DNA of 64,000 bases, from NCBI GenBank assembly GCA_964447765.1, contig CAYUTO010000002.1, positions 38,955 to 102,954 on the forward strand, written 5' to 3'. The notes under the pieces were generated by a model, which searched no databases, was not told the origin of the DNA, and worked only from the letters and a program-made list of their open reading frames with translations. The first letter of the stretch is position 1; every line of letters begins with the position of its first letter. Below are positions 38,000 to 47,091 of the stretch, one piece after another. The stretch comes from an uncultured Gammaproteobacteria bacterium (GTDB lineage: Bacteria; Patescibacteriota; Patescibacteriia; Magasanikbacterales; UBA922). Made by a program: the position numbers and the translations under genes.

Positions 38000-39394
38000 C
38001 TAGATACGCTTCATTTTGGTCATTTTGATTACAATAGGAGTTCCTTCGAAATTAAACTGTTCACGAAGTTGTCTCTCGAGATATTGTAGATATGAGCGAT
38101 GCAATGAAGTGCGATATTTGATAAACGCTTCAAATATTGGTGGATCAGTATTAATCTGTCTGAAGCGCATAATCGAAGGTTGTCTCGTACCTTTTCCTCG
38201 TGCAGGTTTGTGTAGGAAGGTGACTCGTTTGATGAAGATATCAAGCTGTGCCTGAGGAACCTCTGTTTTTCTGGCTTCGGCAATGCTTGCAAGTAAGGGG
38301 AATACTTGTTGTACACGATATCCAGATTTTCCACTGACAAAAAGAATAGCAGCAAAATCTAGGTGGGGGAAGTGAGCATAAACCATTTCCTTTACCGCAT
38401 TGCGGTTTGCATCACTATTGTCTTCAGCAAGATCCCATTTGTTCACGAGAATGACGACACTCTTGCTGCGTTTTTCAATAAGTCCTGCAAGTTGCATATC
38501 TTGCACAGAAATCGGCTCACTTCCGTCAATCACCATGAGAATAATATCTGAATGCTCGATCATTTTGATACTTTTGCTGATACCTTGTCGTTCGAGTTGT
38601 CCTGATACTTTTGCTTTGCGTCTAATACCTGCAGTATCAATAAAAGTAATTAAATATTTTTTACCATCCATATCATAATCAACGGTGGTATCAAAAGGTT
38701 CGCGGGTAGTATGCGCGATGGGGGATACGATTACTTTTTCTTCATCAATCAATTTATTAAACAAACTTGATTTTCCTGCATTTGGTTTGCCAATAAGTGC
38801 TACATGGATAGTTTCTACTTGTTCCAAACTTTTTAGTTTTGGTTTTTTTGATGCAAGATCAAGTGATTGGTATATGAGGTCGAGTAAATCTCCAACACCT
38901 CGTCCAGTTGCGGCTGAAATCATGTGTGGTTCTCCCATAGCAAGAGACGCCCAGTCTGAAATGAGAAATCCCTGCTCAATTTTTTTACTATCAGCTTTAT
39001 TTGCAACGAGAAATAAGTCAGCATTTTTTTTGTATGTGCGCACAATCATTCGAGCGAGCTCCTTATCCTGAGGAAGAACTCCTTCTTGTGAATCAATCAC
39101 AAATAGTATGATATCCGCCTCTTTGAGAGCTTTGCCCGACTGCTCGAGAATTTCACTAGCAAACAATTCATTTTCTTTTGAATCGATTCCACCAGTATCA
39201 ATCAGACGCACATATTGTCCGCGCCAGAGGATATTACCTTCGTTATTGGTGCGAGTGGTACCTGCGATATCAGAAACCAGAGCTTTGTTTTCTTCAATAA
39301 GCGCGTTAAACAACGTCGATTTACCTGCATTTGCTCGGCCGACGATAACCACGACTGGTAATTGTTCTTTGAGTGCGACTCCAGGTATTGCCAT
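38000..39394 (-). CDS. der: Ribosome biogenesis GTPase Der (EngA)
   Basis: Two GTPase domains (GRANAGKS, GKPNAGKS; DTGG, DTAG; NKAD, NKWD) plus a KH-like C-terminus. Confidence 0.96.
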   Translation of the reverse strand: MAIPGVALKEQLPVVVIVGRANAGKSTLFNALIEENKALVSDIAGTTRTNNEGNILWRGQYVRLIDTGGIDSKENELFASEILEQSGKALKEADIILFVIDSQEGVLPQDKELARMIVRTYKKNADLFLVANKADSKKIEQGFLISDWASLAMGEPHMISAATGRGVGDLLDLIYQSLDLASKKPKLKSLEQVETIHVALIGKPNAGKSSLFNKLIDEEKVIVSPIAHTTREPFDTTVDYDMDGKKYLITFIDTAGIRRKAKVSGQLERQGISKSIKMIEHSDIILMVIDGSEPISVQDMQLAGLIEKRSKSVVILVNKWDLAEDNSDANRNAVKEMVYAHFPHLDFAAILFVSGKSGYRVQQVFPLLASIAEARKTEVPQAQLDIFIKRVTFLHKPARGKGTRQPSIMRFRQINTDPPIFEAFIKYRTSLHRSYLQYLERQLREQFNFEGTPIVIKMTKMKRI

Positions 39395-39421
39395 AGTAGT
39401 TGTAGTATATAGGATGATGAG

Positions 39422-40861
39422 TTATTCAACAAAGTCGTCGCCCAGTAATACCACAATATTGGTACTTGTGGCAAGGGGGGAGGCATGGGGCGGAAGTGTG
39501 GTCTTGATTGGAATATCTAATTCTTCAGAGATTTGCTTGGCTATAGACTCCACGTTAGGGTTGAGTACGTAGATAGCGCTCGAGGCGACGGGCTTGTATT
39601 CAGGGTCAATATTTCCAATAGTATCTGAGTAGATCTGTTTTTCTTTGAGCTGTGCCTCTACACGTGCAGCTAATCCGGCGCTCCAGGTGCCATTTTGGAT
39701 CTCAATTGCAGGTTCTACTATTACGACCTCTGGTGCGGTTTGTACGGGCGGTGTGGAGGTGAGGGGGGTGCTGGTCGAAGTGAAAATATTCTCTATTGCG
39801 GAAGATATGTCATCAAAAGAGTTCTTTTTTGGACTAAGAATGAATGCTCCTCCAGGAGTCGAAGCATTTACCAGGTATCCAGTAGGACTATCGTCAAGAA
39901 CGAGCGTTTGCATATTTGTGGTATCAAGTTCACGCCCCAAACTCACGAGCTCGATAATTTCATCAAACTGCATATTGGTGGACATATTCTTTTCCAGTGC
40001 ATCCATGATTTTTTTGATTCGGAGCGGATTGGTAAGTGTTGCAAAAGATAATACTTTTTCTTTGAGGGCTAAAAGTATTTGTTGTTGTCGTCGTGCTCGT
40101 GCAAAGTCTGAGCCTTCTCCATTGTTGCCATGACGGGAGCGTGCATATTTGAGTGCGGTTTCTCCATCCATAGTTTGAGGTCCGGCTTTGAAACTTACGG
40201 TCTGGTAACTATCTTTCGGACCGGGGTATTGGTAATCGGTAAATGTTTTTGCAACTTCGATTCGCACGCCACCGACTTCATCAATAATTTCTTTGAAAGC
40301 AGTAAAATCAAGTCGAATATAGTAGGGAATATCCACTCCAAACGTTTCGGATATTACTTCGGTTGCGTACGCTCCTCCCCAGCCTGGTTTATCAGTCTCA
40401 CCATACGCATTTGCACTGTTGATTCGATATACTCCACGATCTTTCAGGGGTACTCCTAAATCACGAGGAATAGAAATGAGAGCTACTTGATTGGTAGAAG
40501 GCTGGATACTAGCAATAATAATAGTGTCCGTGAGATAGGGCCCATCGTGTCCAGGACCACCCATACCAAGAAGTAATATATTGATACGATCCATCTTTTC
40601 TCCCTCGAGGTTGATGTCTTTTTTGAATACCAAATAGCTTAATTTTTTGAAAAATCCCTCAGGCTGTTTTGGTTCAAGGGTATTTGGATCATACGCAAGT
40701 GTGTCGCTCCTGTGACTAATAATAGCAAGTGCGCTACATCCGCCTACTATCAGGACAATAATTGCAATCAACAAAAAAAGCCACCTCGATTTTTTTCGAG
40801 GGACTGGTTGTTCGAAATTAGCATGCTTTTTAAGCAGGTTGATATGTTGTTCGTCTAACAT
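39422..40861 (-). CDS. LCP (LytR-CpsA-Psr) family protein with LytR_C domain
   Basis: NILLLG, TDTII, SIPRDL, ALKYARSR, DFARARRQQ; C-terminal IQNGT...GLAA...VLLGDD; start at MLDEQH preferred. Confidence 0.9.
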   Translation of the reverse strand: MLDEQHINLLKKHANFEQPVPRKKSRWLFLLIAIIVLIVGGCSALAIISHRSDTLAYDPNTLEPKQPEGFFKKLSYLVFKKDINLEGEKMDRINILLLGMGGPGHDGPYLTDTIIIASIQPSTNQVALISIPRDLGVPLKDRGVYRINSANAYGETDKPGWGGAYATEVISETFGVDIPYYIRLDFTAFKEIIDEVGGVRIEVAKTFTDYQYPGPKDSYQTVSFKAGPQTMDGETALKYARSRHGNNGEGSDFARARRQQQILLALKEKVLSFATLTNPLRIKKIMDALEKNMSTNMQFDEIIELVSLGRELDTTNMQTLVLDDSPTGYLVNASTPGGAFILSPKKNSFDDISSAIENIFTSTSTPLTSTPPVQTAPEVVIVEPAIEIQNGTWSAGLAARVEAQLKEKQIYSDTIGNIDPEYKPVASSAIYVLNPNVESIAKQISEELDIPIKTTLPPHASPLATSTNIVVLLGDDFVE

Positions 40862-40970
40862 AGATAACGGAAAGTATAGAATAATTTTTCGTTTTTTGCA
40901 ATTTATCGGAGCTCTAGCAGTCGCAAGTAAATTTGTGCTATACTTACCCACAGTAATTTTAGAGATATCT

Positions 40971-41474
40971 ATGCCAAAAGTAGTTGATGATTCAACAATT
41001 GTAGGGAACACACTTCTTGAGTGGAGTGTTGCAGAATATGAACGTCATATGCGTCCAGTAGCGTGGTACGTAATTATGACCATTGTGGGGTGTTTTCTCG
41101 TAGGGTATGCAATATTTACTGATAATTTCATGTTTGCGATTATCGTAGTGTTGTTTTCGATTATTCTATTTTTACAATCACATCAGAGCCCAATTGTGGT
41201 TCCTTTTAGAATTACTGAGCTTGGTATTATTATCAACAATCGTTTGTACATCTATTCTGAACTTAAAGATTTTTTTATTATCTACAAACCACCAGAGATC
41301 AAAATGCTTTTTATCGAAACTAATTCCACGATTCGTCCGCGACTGCGTGTACCTCTGATGGATGTGAACCCAAACGATGTGCGTGAATTATTACTTGAAT
41401 TTCTTGAGGAGAATTTGCAAAAAGAAGAGGAACCTTTCAGTGATATGGTGGCAAGGCAGTGGAGGATTCATTAG
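40971..41474 (+). CDS. Conserved CPR-type two-TM protein (DUF5673-like)
   Basis: LEWSVAEY...R..WY, two TM helices, then a PH-like soluble region. Confidence 0.6.
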   Translation: MPKVVDDSTIVGNTLLEWSVAEYERHMRPVAWYVIMTIVGCFLVGYAIFTDNFMFAIIVVLFSIILFLQSHQSPIVVPFRITELGIIINNRLYIYSELKDFFIIYKPPEIKMLFIETNSTIRPRLRVPLMDVNPNDVRELLLEFLEENLQKEEEPFSDMVARQWRIH

Positions 41475-41553
41475 TCGAAAGTAAAAAGTCATAAAGTCAA
41501 AAAGTCACGCTCTCTCAGTGTGTTCGGTTTTCGACTTTAAGGACTTTATGACT
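41474..41553. repeat. Inverted AAAGTC 8-mer tandem repeat pair
   Basis: agtcataaagtc (41487-41498) is the perfect inverse of gactttatgact (41542-41553), with extra degenerate units. Confidence 0.7.
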
Positions 41554-41569
41554 AGTCCTCGTATTATTC

Positions 41570-41599
41570 TTGACTTTTAACTATTTTTTGGGGTATACT
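41570..41599 (+). promoter_or_regulatory. tRNA promoter
   Basis: TTGACT-18-TATACT. Confidence 0.65.
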
Positions 41600-41623
41600 T
41601 CGCCTCGTTGTTTTTATATTTAC

Positions 41624-41695
41624 GCACTCGTCGTTTAATGGATAGGACACTAGCTTGCGGAGCTGGTAATCGTGGTTCGATTCCACGCGAGTGCA
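41624..41695 (+). tRNA. tRNA-Arg(GCG)
   Basis: gcactcg/cgagtgc acceptor stem; ctagc-ttGCGga-gctgg; GGTTCGATTCC. Confidence 0.93.
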
Positions 41696-41700
41696 CACTT

Positions 41701-41728
41701 ACAAAAGAACCTTAAAAGGTTCTTTTGT
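41701..41728 (+). terminator. Intrinsic terminator
   Basis: acaaaagaacctt-aa-aaggttcttttgt. Confidence 0.75.
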
Positions 41729-41802
41729 ATTGGCAATTGTATAGAATATTATTTTGTGATATTACTTATCACACACGACTGCATCCCTGAATAGGAGGGG
41801 AT

Positions 41803-42270
41803 ATGGAATCTGAAAAGTCTAAAATACCTCAATGGGCAAAGGGGTTTATTCTAAAAAAAGGAGGTACAGGGATTGTAGAGTATCGGAACAAGCAATACGA
41901 GTATGTGGTCCTGAAAAGGGGGATGATACCAGGTCTTTTGAATTTCGTCGGATTTGTCGAGAGCAGCAATTTTCTGTATATCTCTGAAGATGTTCCAGTC
42001 AAATACCGAAAATATGTGCTCAGGCACGAGCTTCGAAAGTGTCTAGGATACGGCGGAAGTGGTAAAGAAAAGTGCCGTAGGTCGCTTGAAGCAGAGTTGA
42101 AAGAAGTTCCTGACGCACTCAAAAGAAGGTATATCTGGTGGCGATTCAGATCTTTCAATAATCTGTTTTGGTATTACAGTGAAGGACCAGGAAGAGTGGC
42201 GTATAACGAGAAATGTCTATATGAAATTCTCGGGAGCCTGCTTTTTCTTGAAAGTGCTCTAAATGCATAG
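41803..42270 (+). CDS. Orphan hypothetical protein between two tRNA-Arg genes
   Basis: 155 aa; strong SD (AGGAGG). Confidence 0.65.
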   Translation: MESEKSKIPQWAKGFILKKGGTGIVEYRNKQYEYVVLKRGMIPGLLNFVGFVESSNFLYISEDVPVKYRKYVLRHELRKCLGYGGSGKEKCRRSLEAELKEVPDALKRRYIWWRFRSFNNLFWYYSEGPGRVAYNEKCLYEILGSLLFLESALNA

Positions 42271-42334
42271 TGGGCGCGTATGGGGTGGAGAACCATGCGC
42301 GCTTCGTCTGTTTATGGTAGTATTAGGCGATTAG

Positions 42335-42406
42335 GTCCTCGTAGGTTAATGGATAGACCTCTGGCCTCCGAAGCCGGAAATTCAGGTTCGACTCCTGACG
42401 GGGACA
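42335..42406 (+). tRNA. tRNA-Arg(CCG)
   Basis: gtcctcg/cggggac acceptor stem; ctggc-ctCCGaa-gccgg; GGTTCGACTCC. Confidence 0.93.
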
Positions 42407-42484
42407 CAACGTAAAAATCCTTGCGGATTCACGTTGTGATACGCATTGACCAATGGTGATGGAACAAGCTATGATTTACACAGT

Positions 42485-43054
42485 ATGGAACAAAAAAAAA
42501 TTCTAAAACTTATTCTTCAGGGATTATCATTGATTATTGTTATTGCGGTTGCGTTTTATTTTGCGGATCTCGCTCGAGGAAATGAAAATATACAAAAAAT
42601 AATTGCCGGATACGGGTATATTGGAATTTTTATCGTGTCATTGATTAGTGGGTTTAATTTTGTCGTACCAATACCTGCGATTTCATTTTTACCACTGTTT
42701 CTCGAATCAGGACTTAGTTTTCCAATAACCATTGCGATTATTAGTCTTGGAATGACAACTGCGGATACTATTGCATATCTTCTGGGAAACCTGGGAAAAA
42801 AAATGGTTTCTGGTTCGTATATGGAAAAAATACAGTTGAAAATAAAGATTATTCATGAAAAATATAATTGGGCACCATTAGTAATATTATTTCTGTTTGC
42901 GTCAGTGGCTCCGCTTCCCAATGAAGTGTTGTTGGTTCCATTTGCATTCCTCAATTACCGGCTACTTCATATTCTGCCAATAATATTTACGGGAAATGTA
43001 GTTTTCAATTTGCTTTATTCAAAAGGGATAGTGAATATTTTTAATTTATTGTAA
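42485..43054 (+). CDS. DedA/VTT-like membrane protein
   Basis: GYGYIGIF, PIP, ADTIAYLLG, PLPNE; hydrophobic throughout. Confidence 0.7.
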   Translation: MEQKKILKLILQGLSLIIVIAVAFYFADLARGNENIQKIIAGYGYIGIFIVSLISGFNFVVPIPAISFLPLFLESGLSFPITIAIISLGMTTADTIAYLLGNLGKKMVSGSYMEKIQLKIKIIHEKYNWAPLVILFLFASVAPLPNEVLLVPFAFLNYRLLHILPIIFTGNVVFNLLYSKGIVNIFNLL

Positions 43055-43147
43055 TTTGTAAAGAAAAGTGTGGAGTTTTGACACACGCTACGGGTGTGTT
43101 TTTTTGTTTTGATGAGCGGGGTATTACATGCTACTATAGTATGTACT

Positions 43148-43666
43148 ATGGTAGATTTACTTCTCACAATAGCTTGTGTCTTCCTCATGACGCTTTTGTT
43201 CACCTATGTCTATGGGGGACTAAAAGCAGCCCCATGGGTTCCTATGCGTTCTCGTGATCTCTCGAGGCTTGATCGATTGATTCCGGTTAGGTCAACCGAT
43301 CGGGTGTACGATCTCGGCTGTGGTGACGCACGCACGCTCGCTCATGCGCTAGAAAAAGGAGCTCATTCGGCAACGGGGTATGAAGTCTCCTTGATTCCAT
43401 TTATTTTGGCACAGAGATACAAGAGGGTATATGGTAAAAAACTAAGACTATTGTTCCGAGATTTCTGGAAAGAAGATTTATCCGACGCAACGGTTATTTT
43501 TATATTTTTAAGTTACAAGGCTCATGCTCGACTCGGCAAAAAGTTTATGAATGAATTGAAACCAGGTACACGAATCGCAACATACGTCTGGCCAATTGAA
43601 GGTTGGACTCCGATAGTCGTGGATAAACCAATAGATGATTTATCGATCTATGTGTATGAAAGGTAA
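43148..43666 (+). CDS. Class I SAM-dependent methyltransferase with N-terminal TM
   Basis: APWVP, YDLGCGD, GYEVS, ELKPGTRI. Confidence 0.85.
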   Translation: MVDLLLTIACVFLMTLLFTYVYGGLKAAPWVPMRSRDLSRLDRLIPVRSTDRVYDLGCGDARTLAHALEKGAHSATGYEVSLIPFILAQRYKRVYGKKLRLLFRDFWKEDLSDATVIFIFLSYKAHARLGKKFMNELKPGTRIATYVWPIEGWTPIVVDKPIDDLSIYVYER

Positions 43667-43672
43667 TTGTGT

Positions 43673-45778
43673 ATGAGTACACTTCGTCTTACAACTCCGG
43701 TTGCCGAGCTCCATCGCGTGGGAAAAAATCTAGAAAATAAACTAGCCAATCTTCGGATACAAAAAGTACAGGATGTATTGTTTCATTTTCCTTTTCGATA
43801 TGAAGATTATCGTTCAGTTGTTGCAATCGCGAATGTAATGCCAGGAGTTGACCTTACGATTAAAGGTACCATTGAACTTATTGCTAATAAGCGCAGCCCT
43901 CGTAAACGCACGATGATTACTGAAGCAGTGGTTCGAGATGAGACTGATGTGATTCGAGTAATTTGGTTTGGTCAGCCATTTATCGGGAAAATATTGAAAG
44001 TGGGTGATGAAGTGTTTTTATCTGGTTCGATAAAAGAAGATATGTTTGGAGTGCACATGGCAAGTCCAGCGTATGAACGTGTGCGTGAAGACAAGCAGGC
44101 AACGCATACCGCACGCATTGTTCCTATGTATCCACTTACTGCAGGTGTGACACAAAAACAAATGCGATTTCTTGTGGAGCAAGTACTCCCGCTCGCTGAG
44201 CAAATCAAAGAATGGATTCCTGAAAGCATTCTTAAAAATAACGAGCTCATTCCATTGTCTCGTGCAATACAAAAAATTCATTTTCCAGAAAATCATGAAG
44301 AACGAACCCTCGCGGAACAAAGGCTAAAATTTGGAGAATTATTTGTCTTACAACTGCGAGCAGAGTTGATTCGCCAGGCAAATGCGAGACAAATTGCACC
44401 AAATATTGGGTTTAAAGAAAAAGAAATCCGTGAGTTTGTACAGGAACTTCCTTTTGAATTGACGGTGGATCAGAAAAAGTCTGCCTGGGAGATTTTTCAA
44501 GATATTGACCGTGGGACCCCCATGAACCGTCTTCTTCAGGGAGACGTGGGATCGGGAAAAACAATTGTTGCTGGTTTATGTGCGTATTTGAGTTTCCTTA
44601 ATGGGTATCAGACCGTTATTATGGCCCCGACAGAAATTTTGGCAACTCAGCATTTCGAAACATTTGGTAAAGTGTTTGGTGACAAGCTGAATTTTTGTCT
44701 ACTGACTGGTTCAGAAATAAGGAATTGGAAAGATGGTATTGAAGGGGAATCGAAAGCAGCACGGAAGTTGTACTTAAAAAAAGAAATTTTTGAAGGTAGG
44801 GTGAATGTTATTATTGGAACGCATGCACTTCTGACGGAAGATACACAGTTTCATAAATTAGGCCTCGTGGTAATCGACGAGCAACATCGATTTGGGGTAG
44901 AGCAGCGAAAAACAATTCGTGATAAATCGGGAATGGAAGGAATGTATCCACATTTTTTATCCATGACTGCAACGCCAATTCCACGCTCGTACGCACTGAC
45001 CTTGTATGGGGATCTTGATGTGTCGTATATCAAAACAAAACCAGCAGGGAGAAAAGATATTATTACGAGACTAGTCGAGCCAAGTAAAAGGGATCGCGCA
45101 TATGGATTTATCAGAGAACAGGTACACAAAGGGCGACAAGTGTTTGTCGTGTGTCCTTTGATTCAGGAAAAAACCAAAGAAGGTGAAAGTATGGGGGTAG
45201 TATCAGAAAAGAAAACCGTGTTGTCTGAATACGAAAAGTTATCAACAAAAATTTTTCCTGATTTGCGAGTCGACTATCTTCATGGAAAAATGAAATCAAA
45301 AGAAAAAGAAGGAATCATGAAAAAGTTCGCAGAGGGCGTTACTGATATTCTAGTTTCAACTTCTGTAATTGAAGTTGGGGTAAATATTCCAAACGCGTCG
45401 ATCATGATGATTGAAGGTGCTGAGCGATTTGGGTTGGCGCAGCTGCACCAATTCCGTGGAAGGGTGGGGCGAGCCGAACATCAGTCGTATTGTATTTTGT
45501 TTACCGAGATTGAGAGTGTAACATCAAAAGGGCGATTAGAGTACTTCGCTAAAACACTTGATGGATTTGCGCTTGCTGAATACGACCTTGAAACAAGAGG
45601 TCCAGGAGAAGTATATGGTACTGCGCAGAGCGGAATGGAAGAACTCCGTCTTGCGACTATGCGTGATCAAAGTATCATTAAAGCTGCGAGAGAATCAGCG
45701 CGAGGTATGGATTTTGAAAAGTTCCCCGAGCTGAAAGATCGGGTGCAAGAGTGGGAAGCACGGGTGCATATGGAATGA
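43673..45778 (+). CDS. recG: ATP-dependent DNA helicase RecG
   Basis: RLLQGDVGSGKT, APTEILATQH, IDEQHRFGV, TATPIPR, QLHQFRGRVGR, RGPGE. Confidence 0.98.
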   Translation: MSTLRLTTPVAELHRVGKNLENKLANLRIQKVQDVLFHFPFRYEDYRSVVAIANVMPGVDLTIKGTIELIANKRSPRKRTMITEAVVRDETDVIRVIWFGQPFIGKILKVGDEVFLSGSIKEDMFGVHMASPAYERVREDKQATHTARIVPMYPLTAGVTQKQMRFLVEQVLPLAEQIKEWIPESILKNNELIPLSRAIQKIHFPENHEERTLAEQRLKFGELFVLQLRAELIRQANARQIAPNIGFKEKEIREFVQELPFELTVDQKKSAWEIFQDIDRGTPMNRLLQGDVGSGKTIVAGLCAYLSFLNGYQTVIMAPTEILATQHFETFGKVFGDKLNFCLLTGSEIRNWKDGIEGESKAARKLYLKKEIFEGRVNVIIGTHALLTEDTQFHKLGLVVIDEQHRFGVEQRKTIRDKSGMEGMYPHFLSMTATPIPRSYALTLYGDLDVSYIKTKPAGRKDIITRLVEPSKRDRAYGFIREQVHKGRQVFVVCPLIQEKTKEGESMGVVSEKKTVLSEYEKLSTKIFPDLRVDYLHGKMKSKEKEGIMKKFAEGVTDILVSTSVIEVGVNIPNASIMMIEGAERFGLAQLHQFRGRVGRAEHQSYCILFTEIESVTSKGRLEYFAKTLDGFALAEYDLETRGPGEVYGTAQSGMEELRLATMRDQSIIKAARESARGMDFEKFPELKDRVQEWEARVHME

Positions 45779-45825
45779 TGGTGTGTAGATACGTCAAAAG
45801 AGTGGAAAATCGTCCCCAGTTTGCA

Positions 45826-45854
45826 TTGACAAACTGGGTTTTTTTGTGTATACT
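45826..45854 (+). promoter_or_regulatory. Consensus sigma70 promoter
   Basis: TTGACA-17-TATACT. Confidence 0.8.
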
Positions 45855-45919
45855 CCGCCAGTCTGTTCCACAGGGGCAGGCACCGTCACGCACGAAAGTG
45901 CATTATCAGGAGTCTCACT

Positions 45920-46405
45920 TTGAAAGAATCGGTTCTCAATCGGATCAACAAGATGTCCTATGAGGAGGGTGCCAACCTCCTCACGAACCTCCGCCTGAAC
46001 GCGATCCCTCCGTACCGTCTCCACACCCACCCCGTCGAGTTCACGATCCACACCTTCGGCGTCGACTGCGAGGCCAGGGTCAAGTCGGACACGATGGATA
46101 CGCGTCGTGCCATGAGTGATCTCGGCATGCCGCGGGTCCAGGAGATCGCCAACACGATCTACTTGCACCCGACGCTCGGGGAGGATGCTCTGAACGCGAT
46201 GCTCGACGGCAAACGTGTCGTGATCAACGTCCAGCGTCACCCGAAGACGGAGACGAAGCCCGCGATGCAGGCGGTTCCGATGGCGCCGGTCGAGGTCATC
46301 GCCTCGGTGCTCGACGACGTGCCGGAGGACAAGAGCAAGAAGAAGGTCGAGAACAAGTCTCGGCGCAAGCAGCAGCCCGCGGTCTCCGCGGAATTGCTCC
46401 ACTAG
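45920..46405 (+). CDS. Very GC-rich orphan hypothetical protein
   Basis: TTG start with AGGAG SD; third codon positions almost all G/C; own promoter and hairpins. Confidence 0.75.
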   Translation: MKESVLNRINKMSYEEGANLLTNLRLNAIPPYRLHTHPVEFTIHTFGVDCEARVKSDTMDTRRAMSDLGMPRVQEIANTIYLHPTLGEDALNAMLDGKRVVINVQRHPKTETKPAMQAVPMAPVEVIASVLDDVPEDKSKKKVENKSRRKQQPAVSAELLH

Positions 46406-46427
46406 GTCAAATGATCTAGTAAGAGAA

Positions 46428-46541
46428 GCAGGCGGTCGCCCATGGCGACTGTCCTGCGTCTCGAATACAAAATCCACACTCGAATCACGCAATAAGTCTC
46501 ATCTATATGGGAACTATCGCGGGAGGGCGAGTGTGGATTTT
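46428..46541 (+). terminator. Two tandem 3' hairpins
   Basis: gcaggcggtcgcc-cat-ggcgactgtcctgc (46428-46457); aaaatccacactcg (46469-46482) pairs with cgagtgtggatttt (46528-46541) and is followed by T-runs. Confidence 0.65.
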
Positions 46542-46558
46542 TGTTTTGCAGTGTATTA

Positions 46559-46591
46559 TTCCTCTCCTAAGAGGAGAGGTTAGGTGAGGTC
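46559..46591. repeat. REP-like palindrome, left copy
   Basis: ttcctctcct-aag-aggagagg-tt-aggtgaggtc. Confidence 0.85.
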
Positions 46592-46628
46592 ATTCGAAGG
46601 GTATAATTATGAGTGACTATCTTATTGC

Positions 46629-47000
46629 TTAAGTAGTTAACTGAGAAGAAATATTGCAGGCATTTTTTATTTTCTCTATTACACTTTCTCTTTCAAATAA
46701 TACTTTATCATTTTTAAATCGTATTATTTTGAATCCTTTATTTTTTAGAAAATTTTCTCGTCGGCGATCATATTCTTTCTGTTCGTCATGAACCGGTCCA
46801 TCGAGTTCGATTACCAATCTAAATTCATGACAATAAAAATCAACAATAAATGATCCAATACTGTATTGTCTTCTAAATCTTATTCCTATTTTTCCACCAT
46901 ACAATTCTCGCCAGAGTATTTGCTCAGCCTTGGTCGGATTTTTTCGAAGTAATTTTCTCTTATTAATTAAAGAACGTTTGTTTGAATAAACATACGGCAT
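46629..47000 (-). CDS. DUF559 / Vsr-like PD-(D/E)xK endonuclease domain protein
   Basis: LRKNPTKAEQILW, FRRQYSIGSFIVDFYC, IELDGPVH, DRRRENFL...IIRFKN; SD AAGGAGG. Confidence 0.92.
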   Translation of the reverse strand: MPYVYSNKRSLINKRKLLRKNPTKAEQILWRELYGGKIGIRFRRQYSIGSFIVDFYCHEFRLVIELDGPVHDEQKEYDRRRENFLKNKGFKIIRFKNDKVLFERESVIEKIKNACNISSQLTT

Positions 47001-47049
47001 AATCCCTCCTTGTTAAGTTTTAGTATAGAGTAAAGTCGAAGCTTCGGTA

Positions 47050-47082
47050 GACCTCACCTGTCCTCTCCTAAGAGGAGAGGAA
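47050..47082. repeat. REP-like palindrome, right copy (inverted)
   Basis: gacctcacct-gt-cctctcct-aag-aggagaggaa. Confidence 0.85.
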
Positions 47083-47091
47083 CGTTTTAAG

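Noticed and set aside
40839-41011. Apparent head-to-head overlap of the LCP and DUF5673-like ORFs
   Set aside because: Artefact of longest-ORF starts; likely starts at 40861 (-) and 40971 (+) leave a divergent promoter gap.
45794-46492. 232-aa minus-strand ORF
   Set aside because: Antisense shadow caused by high GC3 of 45920-46405; signals support the plus strand.
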